Assembly: GCA_964352705.1 (NCBI GenBank)
Contig: CAYGSZ010000001.1
Location: 9,689 to 58,283 of the forward strand
Source of the DNA: an uncultured Rhodobacterales bacterium
Lineage (GTDB): Bacteria > Pseudomonadota > Alphaproteobacteria > Rhodospirillales > Rhodospirillaceae
Length of the DNA stretch: 48,595 nucleotides
Direction: 5' to 3'
The notes under the pieces were generated by a model. That model saw nothing but the letters and a program-made list of their open reading frames with translations. It was not told where the DNA came from and did not search any database. A program made the position numbers and the translations under genes. Shown here piece after piece: positions 1 to 9,069 of this stretch (positions within the stretch are counted from its first letter, which is position 1; every line of letters begins with the position of its first letter).

Positions 1-679
1 GCTGGTCTGGGCGTCCCGAGAATGCAGCTTGCTCGACCGTCAGGCCAGCCTCGTTGCAGACCCGGGCAAGCGTTTCAGGGTCCATCGGATTAAGGTGCCG
101 CATCTTAGCTCCTGCGCGTGCTTGCTCTGGCAAGTAAACGGTGACATCGGGAATAAATCCCGGCCAGGGATCACCTTTGACCTTACGCGCTTCATATTCT
201 TTCACGCCCCGTGCCCAGAAGCCTGTATAGGGTGTGTCCGCAATTAGGAAGACCTTGCCACCGGGTTCTAGCCATTCGGCCATGGCTTTGATCGTTTTGG
301 TTACGCCCTCACCATCGAGAAAATGTAGGGCCCGTGAGCATAAAATGGCTGAGAAACTTTTTTCCTGAAAGGCGATATCTGGCATCTGTGCCACGACGCC
401 TTTAGCCCGATCCAGGCAATCGGCTTTGACCTTCGAGAGAAGGACTTGCACATGTCCAAGCTCCATATCGCAAGCAATGATCTTTGCGCCATGGTCGAGC
501 GCAGCTAATGAGGCCACCCCGTAGGCGCATCCAATGTCTAACGACCAGCCGCTAACCTGCCCTGTATATAAGGTAAAGGCCGCTGAAACCGGGTCGAGTG
601 AGGTCGACATAAAGCCCTTATTATTCAAAGTCGGCACCATGCCTCTGTCTGTGGCTTCTGGCATGGTAGGGGGACTCAT
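1..679 (-). CDS. Class I SAM-dependent methyltransferase; the C-terminal end runs off the left window edge
   Basis: My own minus-strand translation; the ORF is not on the track because it has no stop in the window. It reads ...SGWSLDIGCAYGVASLAALDHGAKIIACD... (motif I, GxGxG-like), ...FSAILCSRALHFLDGEGVTKTIKAMAEWLEPGGKVFLIADTPY.... An in-frame upstream stop lies at 728-730. Met codons are at 679 and 664, so the exact start is uncertain. Confidence 0.7.
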   Translation of the reverse strand, partial: MSPPTMPEATDRGMVPTLNNKGFMSTSLDPVSAAFTLYTGQVSGWSLDIGCAYGVASLAALDHGAKIIACDMELGHVQVLLSKVKADCLDRAKGVVAQMPDIAFQEKSFSAILCSRALHFLDGEGVTKTIKAMAEWLEPGGKVFLIADTPYTGFWARGVKEYEARKVKGDPWPGFIPDVTVYLPEQARAGAKMRHLNPMDPETLARVCNEAGLTVEQAAFSGRPDQ

Positions 680-740
680 CGAAGATGGATCATTCTGTGA
701 CACTTTTACTCCGAGACTGTTGCATTCTTAGGGTAAGGCG

Positions 741-2144
741 ATGCCTAATATGAACATAGCAGAAGGGGAAAAAGCTATGATGGATAAAGTAAAAAAATGG
801 TGGACGCTTGATGAGGCCGCTGAAGCCCAAACAGCCGATAACCCTTTTGCGCCTCTAAGACCAGATCAGCGCCAGGATACCTTGCCTATGCTTACACTCG
901 CGTTTGGCTGGGGCTTCTTGATCACGGGGCTTCTGACAGGCGGGCAGTTGGGGGCTGGTGTGTCCTTTTGGCCCGATTTGATAGCTGCGACATTCGTTGG
1001 CAACCTTATCAATTTCGTGATTGGTGGGTTGGTTGCTTACATAGGTTACAAAACAGCCTGTAATTCGGGGCTTTTGTATCAGTTTGTCTATGGGCGAATT
1101 GGTGTCTTTTTGCCGGTTATCTTTCTCGCGATCTTGACCACCGGCTGGCAGGCTATTGTGGTTGGTGCCTTTGGGTTCGCCTGGGCGCAAGATTTCGATA
1201 GCCCTACATTCTACGCCGTAGCGATTTTTGGCGGGCTCCTGTTTACGGTCACAACATATTATGGCGTTAAGGGGATTGAGAAGGTCAGTGTGCCATCAGT
1301 GGCCATTCTTGTTCTTGTCGGTTTGTACGCCATCTATTTGAATGTCGATCAGGCAGGCGGCGGCGCAGCATTTCTGGCACTCTCTCAAGATACGGCTGCG
1401 CAGAACCCAATTTCCTTTGTCACCGCCGTCAATCTTGTTGTCGGCTCGTGGATTGTAGGTGCGGTTGTGATGGCCGAGTACACCCGGTTTGCAAAAAAGG
1501 CGTGGGTGGCTCTAGCTATTCCGTTTATTGTTATGATTATCGCGCAATGGTTCTTGCAAATAGTCGGTGCGCTGGGTGGCGTTGTTTCTGGCTCAGCAGA
1601 TTTCACAACTTACCTTCTTCAACAGGGCATGATTGTCGGCGGCATCGGATTGATCGGCATGAGTTTGGCGCTCTGGACCACGGGTGATGCCAATCTTTAT
1701 TTGCCAGTCATTCAAACGTCCGCCGTGTTTAAACGACCGAAGCGGGTCATGGTTGTCATTTGGGGCGTACTGGGAACCATCCTCGGCCTTGGGCTTTATC
1801 AATACTTCTTGGACTGGATCAATCTCTTGGCAGCGCTGGTACCACCTCTCATTGGTCCGCTGGTTGTGGACTATTACATAGTCCATAAAAAGCACTACAA
1901 CACAGACGATTTAAAACGCCTGCATAGCTGGAATTGGGCGGCTGTGCTGTCCTACGCAATCGGGGCGTTCTTTGCCTATGGCGTGACCTATGGCGTGTTG
2001 GATATGCCTGATATTCTCATACCCTCGCTGCTGGGGTTGGTTGTATCTATGATTGCCTATGCCGTTATTTATGCGGTGGCGTCTGCGCTCAATATTAAGG
2101 TTGGCTATGCGGGTGTCGCATCGCAAACGGCACCTGCAGAGTAA
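741..2144 (+). CDS. NCS1-family nucleobase:cation symporter (CodB-like cytosine/purine permease)
   Basis: 467-aa polytopic membrane protein. Blocks are collinear with E. coli CodB as I recall it: GGQLGAGVSF..., IGYKT..., LVVGSWIVGAVVMAEYTRFAK, LALWTTGDANLY, LVPPLIGPLVVDYY. Substrate not inferable. Start could also be 750 or 777. Confidence 0.8.
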   Translation: MPNMNIAEGEKAMMDKVKKWWTLDEAAEAQTADNPFAPLRPDQRQDTLPMLTLAFGWGFLITGLLTGGQLGAGVSFWPDLIAATFVGNLINFVIGGLVAYIGYKTACNSGLLYQFVYGRIGVFLPVIFLAILTTGWQAIVVGAFGFAWAQDFDSPTFYAVAIFGGLLFTVTTYYGVKGIEKVSVPSVAILVLVGLYAIYLNVDQAGGGAAFLALSQDTAAQNPISFVTAVNLVVGSWIVGAVVMAEYTRFAKKAWVALAIPFIVMIIAQWFLQIVGALGGVVSGSADFTTYLLQQGMIVGGIGLIGMSLALWTTGDANLYLPVIQTSAVFKRPKRVMVVIWGVLGTILGLGLYQYFLDWINLLAALVPPLIGPLVVDYYIVHKKHYNTDDLKRLHSWNWAAVLSYAIGAFFAYGVTYGVLDMPDILIPSLLGLVVSMIAYAVIYAVASALNIKVGYAGVASQTAPAE

Positions 2145-2185
2145 ACACAAGTATGGTCAAGTCTTATAATGAAAAGACGTAGACG

Positions 2186-2947
2186 TTGGCGTCAGGCATG
2201 ACACCATCAACAGTCGAGCAGCTTACGATCTCACGGCGTTCCGTCATGACATCGGCAGTTGCAACAGGTGCCGTTTTAACGTCTTGTAATCTGGGTGCAA
2301 GCGCTACGTCGGCTCAAGACCTGAAGGCCCAGAGGCCACGCGTCACAGCGTTTATTGATGGGGCAGGCTCCGTTGAGTCTTCCCTACAAATGCTTGAGGC
2401 TTATGCTGTTGATGCAGATTTAGTGATTGTTTCCGTTCCAGACGAGAGACGATATAGCCATTTAATCAGATCGTTGGGTGAGGCTATCAATGTTGTGCGA
2501 AAACGCCAAAGCTACGTTCTTGTTTTAAGTCAGCCGCCTGCGTTATCAGATCCATTTACATGCAATAGGTTAATTGGGCCGCAAGGCATGATTACGCCAT
2601 TCTTGGACAAAATTGATATCGTGTCATGGCAAACTAAACTCGGTGTGATTGCCGCAACGAACAGCGAGCAATTGGATGAACTGAGGCACCATTTTAGCAC
2701 TGGTGTCAGGCCCGATCTCATCGTTTGCCACGGTGGTTTTCGCGATGGCTTCCATGAAGATGTTGATCGCGCATCGGCGGCGTATAAGGTCCATCTGCAA
2801 GATATTGATAACAAAGGTCCTAAAATTCTTACCCCGAGCGGTCAGATTTTAACGCAGGCTGCACCGGGCTTTATGCAGGGTGTGACAGCAAAGATAGATG
2901 TGATGGCGGTCAGGCAAGCTCGCGCGCGCCCTGATGCTGATTTGTAG
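2186..2947 (+). CDS. Hypothetical exported protein with a Tat-like SRRSVM signal
   Basis: 253-aa ORF with a TTG start on the track; the ATG at 2198 is more likely. The N-terminus SRRSVMTSAVATGAVLTSCNLGASA resembles a twin-arginine signal. No family recognised. Confidence 0.45.
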   Translation: MASGMTPSTVEQLTISRRSVMTSAVATGAVLTSCNLGASATSAQDLKAQRPRVTAFIDGAGSVESSLQMLEAYAVDADLVIVSVPDERRYSHLIRSLGEAINVVRKRQSYVLVLSQPPALSDPFTCNRLIGPQGMITPFLDKIDIVSWQTKLGVIAATNSEQLDELRHHFSTGVRPDLIVCHGGFRDGFHEDVDRASAAYKVHLQDIDNKGPKILTPSGQILTQAAPGFMQGVTAKIDVMAVRQARARPDADL

Positions 2948-2955
2948 ATAGAAAA

Positions 2956-3315
2956 ATGCTTGAAATTTTAGAAGAGAGCGACGCTAATCTTATTTGTTTC
3001 AAAGCCTCGGGAACACTTACAGAGCAGGACTATACAGAGATATTCGCACCAACCATGCGCTATGTTCTTGGGGCGCATGATACGTTTCGGCTTTATGCTG
3101 ACTTATCGGCGCTCAAAGATATGGATGAAAACAGCAAATGGAATAGCGGTAATATTCTGGCTGCCAATAGACAGAAATGCGAAAAGGCTGCTGTTGTGGG
3201 TGGACCATCGTGGGCGGGCCTAGCACTTATGCTCAGGGACTCATTGCCAGAACACTCCTATGAGTTTTTCGTTGATGGCCGCCAGGATGATGCGCTCGCA
3301 TGGATCAGAGAGTAA
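2956..3315 (+). CDS. STAS/SEC14-like (SpoIIAA-like) small domain protein
   Basis: 119 aa. N-terminal pattern MLEILEESDANLICFKASGTLTEQDY... and size fit the SpoIIAA-like/STAS-SEC14 family. Recognition is from memory only. Confidence 0.5.
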   Translation: MLEILEESDANLICFKASGTLTEQDYTEIFAPTMRYVLGAHDTFRLYADLSALKDMDENSKWNSGNILAANRQKCEKAAVVGGPSWAGLALMLRDSLPEHSYEFFVDGRQDDALAWIRE

Positions 3316-3328
3316 ACCGAGCAGGCAA

Positions 3329-4009
3329 TCAGTCCACAACGTCAGCGCTTGTGCGCAAGGCCTTAACATCTAACAGCAAGACCTTGTCCGTGCTTGGCAG
3401 CGCAATGCATCCCTGCTCTTTCAGTTTTGTGAAGCTACGGCTTACCGTTTCTATGGTTAAGCCCAGAAAATCACCGATGTCCTGTCGTCCCATAGGCAGA
3501 TTGATTTCAGGCACATGACCGGCAAAACCGCTTTGCCGGAAAGAGAGATACAGCAGGAATGAGGCTATGCGACCCACAGCGCTTTTGCGACCAATGGTGA
3601 AGGTCAATTCCATGGACCCGCGCAGAAATCTCCAGGTAACTTCGCTGACGGCCCGCCAGACTTCTGGATCTTTGGAGGCGAGGTTTTCTAAAGCAGTGTG
3701 GTCCAGTCTTAGTAAACTGCATTTGGTCAGCGTTTCAGCGCCAAGCCCGAATTTTTTCTCGAACGTGATCCCAAGAAAGTCGCCTGGAAAAAGAAAAGCC
3801 ATGATCTGCCGTTCACCGGCCACACTGTAGCGACTGAGGACCATAGTGCCTTCAGCAACACAGTACAGATACTGCACCGGGTCTCCCTCGCGAAATAGTG
3901 TTTCATGAGCTCCGAGCGATATGGTTTCGCCTTGTTGCACCAAGTCGAGCAGCAAGGGCGGTGCTCTAAACAGAGGGTGTAATGCGGTCGGTGAAGTGAT
4001 GCCTGCCAT
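3329..4009 (-). CDS. Crp/Fnr-family transcriptional regulator
   Basis: cNMP-binding-like N-domain (LFREGDPVQYLYCVAEGTMVL) and C-terminal HTH (RQDIGDFLGLTIETVSRSFTKLKEQGCI). No FNR-type N-terminal Cys cluster. I prefer the ATG at 4009 over the GTG at 4039 on the track. Confidence 0.85.
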   Translation of the reverse strand: MAGITSPTALHPLFRAPPLLLDLVQQGETISLGAHETLFREGDPVQYLYCVAEGTMVLSRYSVAGERQIMAFLFPGDFLGITFEKKFGLGAETLTKCSLLRLDHTALENLASKDPEVWRAVSEVTWRFLRGSMELTFTIGRKSAVGRIASFLLYLSFRQSGFAGHVPEINLPMGRQDIGDFLGLTIETVSRSFTKLKEQGCIALPSTDKVLLLDVKALRTSADVVD

Positions 4010-4013
4010 ATCT

Positions 4014-4958
4014 CTAACCCTGTGAGCAAGAGGCGCCACCCAAGACGCAAAAGCGCGCGCAATGGGGGTGGTTCAAAAAGATATCTTTTTCTGCCTCTTG
4101 CAAAGTTGGCCCAAGTTCGAATGCCCTATCGTAAGGCAATAAAGTACATGCCAGAACGGCAGGCTGTTTAGCTGATTTGCGTTTTACGATCATGCGTGAT
4201 GTTGCACACATCACTGAATTGGGATCGATGTCTAAAATTCCCCAGCAGGCCGTTGTTATTTCGGGAACGTCTAATGTCGCGTCCATCTCTGGAAACAGCA
4301 CCAATTCAGTAGGATTGTAAGCGTCGATCTTAAGCCCTAACCGAGAAAACAAAGCATCATATCCGGCTCGCGCTATGTCCTCTGTTTCTTCAATAAACGT
4401 GCGACCGGCCACGTTAAGACGAAATCCCCTATCGTTTAGCCAAGACAGCCCATCTAGGGCTGGCTGCCAGCTGCGGGGTCCCCTCTCGGCTTCGTGGCCT
4501 TCTTTTGTGTGGTGGTCTAACGAGATGCGCATCGTTAGAAGATTTGCATACTCTTGGCCGATAGCTTCCAGTTCCGTCGCGCATTTCATCATTGGCTTCA
4601 TCGCGTTGGTTAGCACAATGCTGTGGAACCCGCGCGCGAGAGTTTTTGCCAGCATATCTGTGAAATCCGGGTTCATAAATGGCTCACCACCAGTAAACCC
4701 AATTTCAGTCGTACCAAGACTTCGGCCTTGTATCTCATCCAGATAAGTCAGCACTTCGGCCGTTGTCATGTATGCAAGTCGATCATTTTTTGGGGATGAT
4801 TCTATATAACAGTTCCGGCAAGTAAGATTGCAGAGGGTGCCTGTGTTTACCCATAAGGTTTCAAGTGCTTTGAGGGATACAAATGCACGGTTCGCGCCAT
4901 CAGCCGTCGTTGTGGCATTCTTAAATTTCTCAGGCTTAAGGCGTGCTAAAATCGTCAT
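4014..4958 (-). CDS. Radical SAM protein with a Cys-rich C-terminal domain (ArsS-like architecture)
   Basis: CNLTCRNCY (CxxxCxxC), GFTGGEPFMNP and C-terminal HPHCARFCVLGGASCSQG. The track ORF (4014-5207) is over-extended and would overlap the divergent gene at 5059. MTILARL at 4958 is the plausible start. Confidence 0.8.
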   Translation of the reverse strand: MTILARLKPEKFKNATTTADGANRAFVSLKALETLWVNTGTLCNLTCRNCYIESSPKNDRLAYMTTAEVLTYLDEIQGRSLGTTEIGFTGGEPFMNPDFTDMLAKTLARGFHSIVLTNAMKPMMKCATELEAIGQEYANLLTMRISLDHHTKEGHEAERGPRSWQPALDGLSWLNDRGFRLNVAGRTFIEETEDIARAGYDALFSRLGLKIDAYNPTELVLFPEMDATLDVPEITTACWGILDIDPNSVMCATSRMIVKRKSAKQPAVLACTLLPYDRAFELGPTLQEAEKDIFLNHPHCARFCVLGGASCSQG

Positions 4959-5058
4959 AAAAATTATACGCTCCGGGTGTGGAATCTCTACTTTAAATGC
5001 TATCCGGTTCACCCTCTTAAAGAAAACCTGATTCCCATTTCTAAGGATTGTAACGCTG

Positions 5059-6315
5059 GTGTCCATTATTCCTCGCATCTTATTGCAAGAATTGTTTAGG
5101 AAGGCCTTAGCTGCTGTCGATCCAGCTGTTTTTACTCCTGAAGTCCTATCGTCACTCCCTAGAGGTCCGGTTTTGGTGATTGGAGCAGGGAAAGGGAGTG
5201 GGGCCATGGCTCAGGCTGTAGAGAACCACTGGACTGACCCGCTCTCTGGCTTAGTCATTGTTAGAGATGGATACGGAAGACCCACACGTTTTATTGAGGT
5301 CTGCGAAGCATCTCACCCTGTTCCTGACGAAAGAGGTATGGAGGCGACCAAGCGCTTGTTAGAAATCATTCATAAAACGGATAAAGAAACACTGGTTATC
5401 GGTTTGTGGTCCGGCGGTGCCTCGTCGCTGCTGGTTCAGCCCGCAGAGGGGCTTACACTTTCTCACAAACAAAGTGTTTCACGCTCACTTTTGCAGTCGG
5501 GCGCACCGATCCAGGAGATTAATATCGTGCGCAAGCATCTCTCTTCGGTGAAAGGTGGCCAACTTGCAGCCCTCGTAGGACAAAGACGCCTGCTTAACCT
5601 CTTAGTCTCAGATGTGGTTGGTGATGACCCAGCGGTGATCGGTTCTGGTCCGACTGTCGCTGACCCAACAACTTGTGCTGATGCGCTCCGTATAATCGAC
5701 CGGCATGAGATCTTTATTCCAAAAGTCATTCGGCATGGACTTCGTTTCGGCACTTTAGAAACGCCAAAGCACTTGCCTGAGAACATCGTCAACCACATCG
5801 TAGCAAAGCCAAAAGATGCAATTTTTGCCGCGCACCAACACTGCGTGCAGGCGGGTATCGAGGTTGTTGATCAGGGCGACAGAGTCGAGGGTGAGGCTCG
5901 TGATGTTGCGAAAAATCTCGTTATCTCAGCGCTTCAACTAGCCGATCAGATCCGAAAGCCGACCGTTTTGTTGTCTGGCGGCGAGGTAACAGTGTCCATG
6001 AATGGGTCGGCTATAGGTGGGCCTAATCTAGAGTTTTGTCTGGCGATGGCTATAGCCCTAGAGGGACACCCCCGCATATGGGGATTGTCTTGCGATACAG
6101 ATGGTACGGACGGCGCATCGACTTCAGCGGGTGCGATTGTGTCGCCTGATACGCTGACACGAGCCGCCTATGTTGGCCGTGATGCTAACGCAGATCTCAC
6201 CGAGCATCGATCTGAAGATTTCTTTCATGCCATAGGTGATTTGGTCACACCAGGACCGACAGGAACTAATGTTAATGATTTTCGCGCGCTTTTGGTGCTG
6301 CCGAGAGTGAATTAA
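5059..6315 (+). CDS. Glycerate 2-kinase / hydroxypyruvate reductase family (DUF4147 + MOFRL)
   Basis: GTG start. N-terminal VLVIGAGKGSGAMAQAVE and C-terminal LLSGGEVTV...DTDGTDG...TGPTGTNVNDFRALLV are typical MOFRL-family blocks. Confidence 0.8.
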   Translation: MSIIPRILLQELFRKALAAVDPAVFTPEVLSSLPRGPVLVIGAGKGSGAMAQAVENHWTDPLSGLVIVRDGYGRPTRFIEVCEASHPVPDERGMEATKRLLEIIHKTDKETLVIGLWSGGASSLLVQPAEGLTLSHKQSVSRSLLQSGAPIQEINIVRKHLSSVKGGQLAALVGQRRLLNLLVSDVVGDDPAVIGSGPTVADPTTCADALRIIDRHEIFIPKVIRHGLRFGTLETPKHLPENIVNHIVAKPKDAIFAAHQHCVQAGIEVVDQGDRVEGEARDVAKNLVISALQLADQIRKPTVLLSGGEVTVSMNGSAIGGPNLEFCLAMAIALEGHPRIWGLSCDTDGTDGASTSAGAIVSPDTLTRAAYVGRDANADLTEHRSEDFFHAIGDLVTPGPTGTNVNDFRALLVLPRVN

Positions 6316-6462
6316 CGTTACATCGAAAAGTATTGTTTAGGCCAGAATTGCTCAACCAGTGCGGTTAGATTGTCGATGAGGATGGAATCGACTATGACTC
6401 GTTGGCGAAAGCTAATGAAAAGGGTCGTTCTGAAAGGCCAGTTTTCGCCACAGGGAGGCGGC

Positions 6463-6708
6463 ATGTCTGAGGAAAAAGCATCAATTCTCGTAATGAAAGC
6501 GGCAGGTGAAATCCGTCGGGCCGCTGAACTCAATAAAACACGGGCGGTCGAACTCACGAGCGTTGCGGATTATTTAGAGAGTATGATCTTTGAGGATGAG
6601 TTGGGCCATGACCTTTTTGTGGATGAACAACCCGCTGTTCCAAAGCAATCCCAGGTCAGAGAAATTGAGAAATTGGTGACGCCGTTCAAGGTCAGGTTGA
6701 CGCGCTGA
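6463..6708 (+). CDS. Small acidic hypothetical protein (81 aa)
   Basis: ATG at 6463 is preceded by GGGAGG (6453-6458). It ends 14 nt before the histidine kinase gene. No family recognised. A competing minus-strand ORF at 6318-6557 lacks comparable signals. Confidence 0.35.
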   Translation: MSEEKASILVMKAAGEIRRAAELNKTRAVELTSVADYLESMIFEDELGHDLFVDEQPAVPKQSQVREIEKLVTPFKVRLTR

Positions 6709-6722
6709 GGACAAGTCTTTTC

Positions 6723-8663
6723 ATGCCCAAAGAGTCTAAAAAAAAGACCCAATCATCTGGCCCGATGTCGCATGTGACGCGTGACATGGCTATTGAGATG
6801 GTCAACCGGTCTCCTGCACATGTTATTTTAATCGACAAAGACAATTGTGTTGTCGATGTTAATCAGCGCGCCGAGAATCTTCTTGGACAGACGGTCGCAA
6901 CATTGGTCGGGCACCCACCTACCGATGTATTCTCTGCCATTTTAGGGCGCGTCACCTCGATTGGTGAGGAACGGGCTGAACGCGGTTTCCAGCTGCAATA
7001 TGGGCCGTCTTGGTATGAAGCCCAAGTCTTTCCAACTTCTGATGCGACAAGGGCTGACGGAACAGTTTTCAGAGTCATTCGTGCAACTGATATCACTGAT
7101 CGTAAATCTGCTGAATTTGAGCTTTTAGAAAGTGAGGCGCGGCTTGAGGAGGCAACCCGCATCGCCCGCATGGGGACTTACAGACTTTATTGGGATACCA
7201 GGAAAGTGATCTGGTCTCACCAGATGTATGAAATCCACGGCGTGGCTCCAGGCTCTGTTGACCCTTCGTCGACAAGTTACAATAGATTCCTGCATCCTGA
7301 TGATGTGAGCGTGGTGCGCGATATGGTGGCCAACCTCATCGCCGGAAAAGAGATTGCTGGAGCTGAGTACCGGATTGTCCGAGGGGAAGGAGACATCCGT
7401 TGGCTTAGCGTTGAGGGCCGGGTCTTATTTGATTCCGACGGCAAGCCATACGCTTCATTTGGGACCATCCAGGATGTCACCGAAGCCAAAAACCGTGAAG
7501 AGCGGTTGCGCGACCTTGTCGCCCGCAACACCATTTTAACCGAGGCCTTGCAGGCTTCACCAGTTGGTGTGGCTGTATTAACACCAGATTTAGAGCGGCC
7601 CACGTTTTTTTATGTAAACCCTGAGTTAGAGACGATCACAGGTTTTTCTGAAGGCCAACTCATAGGCAGTTCTGTCGATGTTTTACGCGGTCCTGAAACT
7701 GATGCTTCGGGCTTTGAAGATTTGCTTGATGCCATTCAGTCGCGATTGTTGTTGTCGTGCGAGCTTACACTTCATGGTGAAGACGGCTCTCCGTTCCTGA
7801 GCCAGATTGAACTGGCTCCCGTTACGGCACAAGACCGATACTCAGTTGTGGCGCTAACCCTTATCGTGCGTGATATCACAGATGACCGCCGCAGAACTGA
7901 AGCTATGATGGACGCGCAGAAGATGGAGGCGCTTGGGAAGCTTTCAGGGGGGGTCGCTCATGAGATTAATAATCTCCTGCAGCCTATTATCACACTGTCT
8001 GATCTGGGATTTGAGGCGTGTGCTCCGGAACAAGATAAGCTGCGCAAGTATTTTGAAGTGATTACGGGGAGCGGTCGTAAGGCGCGGGACGTTGTGCGCC
8101 AAATTTTGACGTTCTCTCGACAAGATGCGCCTTTGGTGGCGTCTCACCCCGTTACGCCTATCGTCGAAGATGCTCTCAAGTTAGCCCGAAGCGGTATACC
8201 CCCCGGAATTGACCTACAGTGTCATGTGGATGTGGAAGAGGCTTGTGCCATGGTCAATCCAACGCAGGTTTCGCAAGTTGTCATAAATCTTGTGCGCAAT
8301 GCCGCTGATGCGATGGATGGACAAGGTGTTGTTGAATTGTCCTTGGTGAGGCTACGGCCAGACCAAATAACCACGTCGATTGTCTCTCATCGTCATAATG
8401 GATGGTTGCTACTTTCGGTATCCGATACCGGATGCGGGATAGATCATCAGAGCCGCCAAAGAATCTTCGAGCCTTTCTTTACAACTAAACCGGTTGGTCA
8501 GGGCACAGGGCTGGGCTTATCAGTTGTGTACAGCATTGTTTTAGGGTGGGGTGGGGCCGTCTCGCTTGAGAGCGAAGTTGATCAGGGAACAACCGCGATG
8601 GTATACATTCCAGAGTTTGTGGAAGCTATCGACCGCGCCACTGAGATGGAGTCGCCCAAGTGA
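6723..8663 (+). CDS. Multi-PAS sensor histidine kinase (cytoplasmic)
   Basis: Repeated PAS/PAC-like segments (e.g. IQDVTEAKNREERL, IVRDITDDRRRTE), H-box GGVAHEINNLLQPI, N-box VINLVRNAADAM, G-boxes DTGCGI and GTGLGLS. No TM segments seen. Confidence 0.9.
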   Translation: MPKESKKKTQSSGPMSHVTRDMAIEMVNRSPAHVILIDKDNCVVDVNQRAENLLGQTVATLVGHPPTDVFSAILGRVTSIGEERAERGFQLQYGPSWYEAQVFPTSDATRADGTVFRVIRATDITDRKSAEFELLESEARLEEATRIARMGTYRLYWDTRKVIWSHQMYEIHGVAPGSVDPSSTSYNRFLHPDDVSVVRDMVANLIAGKEIAGAEYRIVRGEGDIRWLSVEGRVLFDSDGKPYASFGTIQDVTEAKNREERLRDLVARNTILTEALQASPVGVAVLTPDLERPTFFYVNPELETITGFSEGQLIGSSVDVLRGPETDASGFEDLLDAIQSRLLLSCELTLHGEDGSPFLSQIELAPVTAQDRYSVVALTLIVRDITDDRRRTEAMMDAQKMEALGKLSGGVAHEINNLLQPIITLSDLGFEACAPEQDKLRKYFEVITGSGRKARDVVRQILTFSRQDAPLVASHPVTPIVEDALKLARSGIPPGIDLQCHVDVEEACAMVNPTQVSQVVINLVRNAADAMDGQGVVELSLVRLRPDQITTSIVSHRHNGWLLLSVSDTGCGIDHQSRQRIFEPFFTTKPVGQGTGLGLSVVYSIVLGWGGAVSLESEVDQGTTAMVYIPEFVEAIDRATEMESPK

Positions 8664-9055
8664 ACATTCTATTAGTTGAAGACTCTCCAGAAGTTAGTCT
8701 GTCTGTGCGGGAGATATTGGCAAGTGTCGGTCATGATGTTGACGATGTTGCCAATGGCAAAGAAGCTTTAGCCATGTTAGCAGATCATTCTTACGATATG
8801 GTTGTCAGCGACATTTGGATGCCAGAGATGGATGGTATCTCACTGTTGAAAGAAATACGTGGCGCTGGTAATGACGTGCCTGTGGTTGTGATTTCAGGGG
8901 GGGCGCCAAATGCGCCTCTTACATATACAGCTCCATTGGCATCAACCTTTGGTGCCAACGCTGTTATTTATAAGCCATTTGAAAAAGAAGAGTTGCTTAA
9001 GACGATTGATGCGGTGATGGCGGGGGAAACCGTTGCTCCAGGAGCGCAGGTTTAA
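8660..9055 (+). CDS. Single-domain response regulator (receiver only)
   Basis: GTGA overlap with the kinase stop. ILLVEDS..., VVSDIWMPEMDG (phospho-Asp) and IYKPF (conserved Lys). Confidence 0.9.
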   Translation: MNILLVEDSPEVSLSVREILASVGHDVDDVANGKEALAMLADHSYDMVVSDIWMPEMDGISLLKEIRGAGNDVPVVVISGGAPNAPLTYTAPLASTFGANAVIYKPFEKEELLKTIDAVMAGETVAPGAQV

Positions 9056-9069
9056 AGGCATCTTCGGTA

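Noticed and set aside
4959-5207. N-terminally extended ORF-track models: 4014-5207, 25295-, 26019-, 37189-, 44131-, 14900-, 20321, 39693, 40979
   Set aside because: The extensions overlap neighbouring genes or add non-homologous, low-quality sequence. Internal ATGs give canonical N-termini, signal peptides or ATGA-type coupling.
6318-6557. Minus-strand 79-aa ORF downstream of the glycerate kinase gene
   Set aside because: No SD and no motif. It overlaps the plus-strand small ORF, which has a strong GGGAGG-ATG signal.
7946-8903. G7 homopolymer tracts in the histidine kinase (7946-7952) and its receiver (8897-8903), plus one in chpT (15556-15562), as possible phase-variation sites
   Set aside because: All encode Gly-Gly (GGG GGG) in conserved motifs. 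The tracts are shorter than those typical of slipped-strand switches. Their recurrence in unrelated genes points to codon usage.
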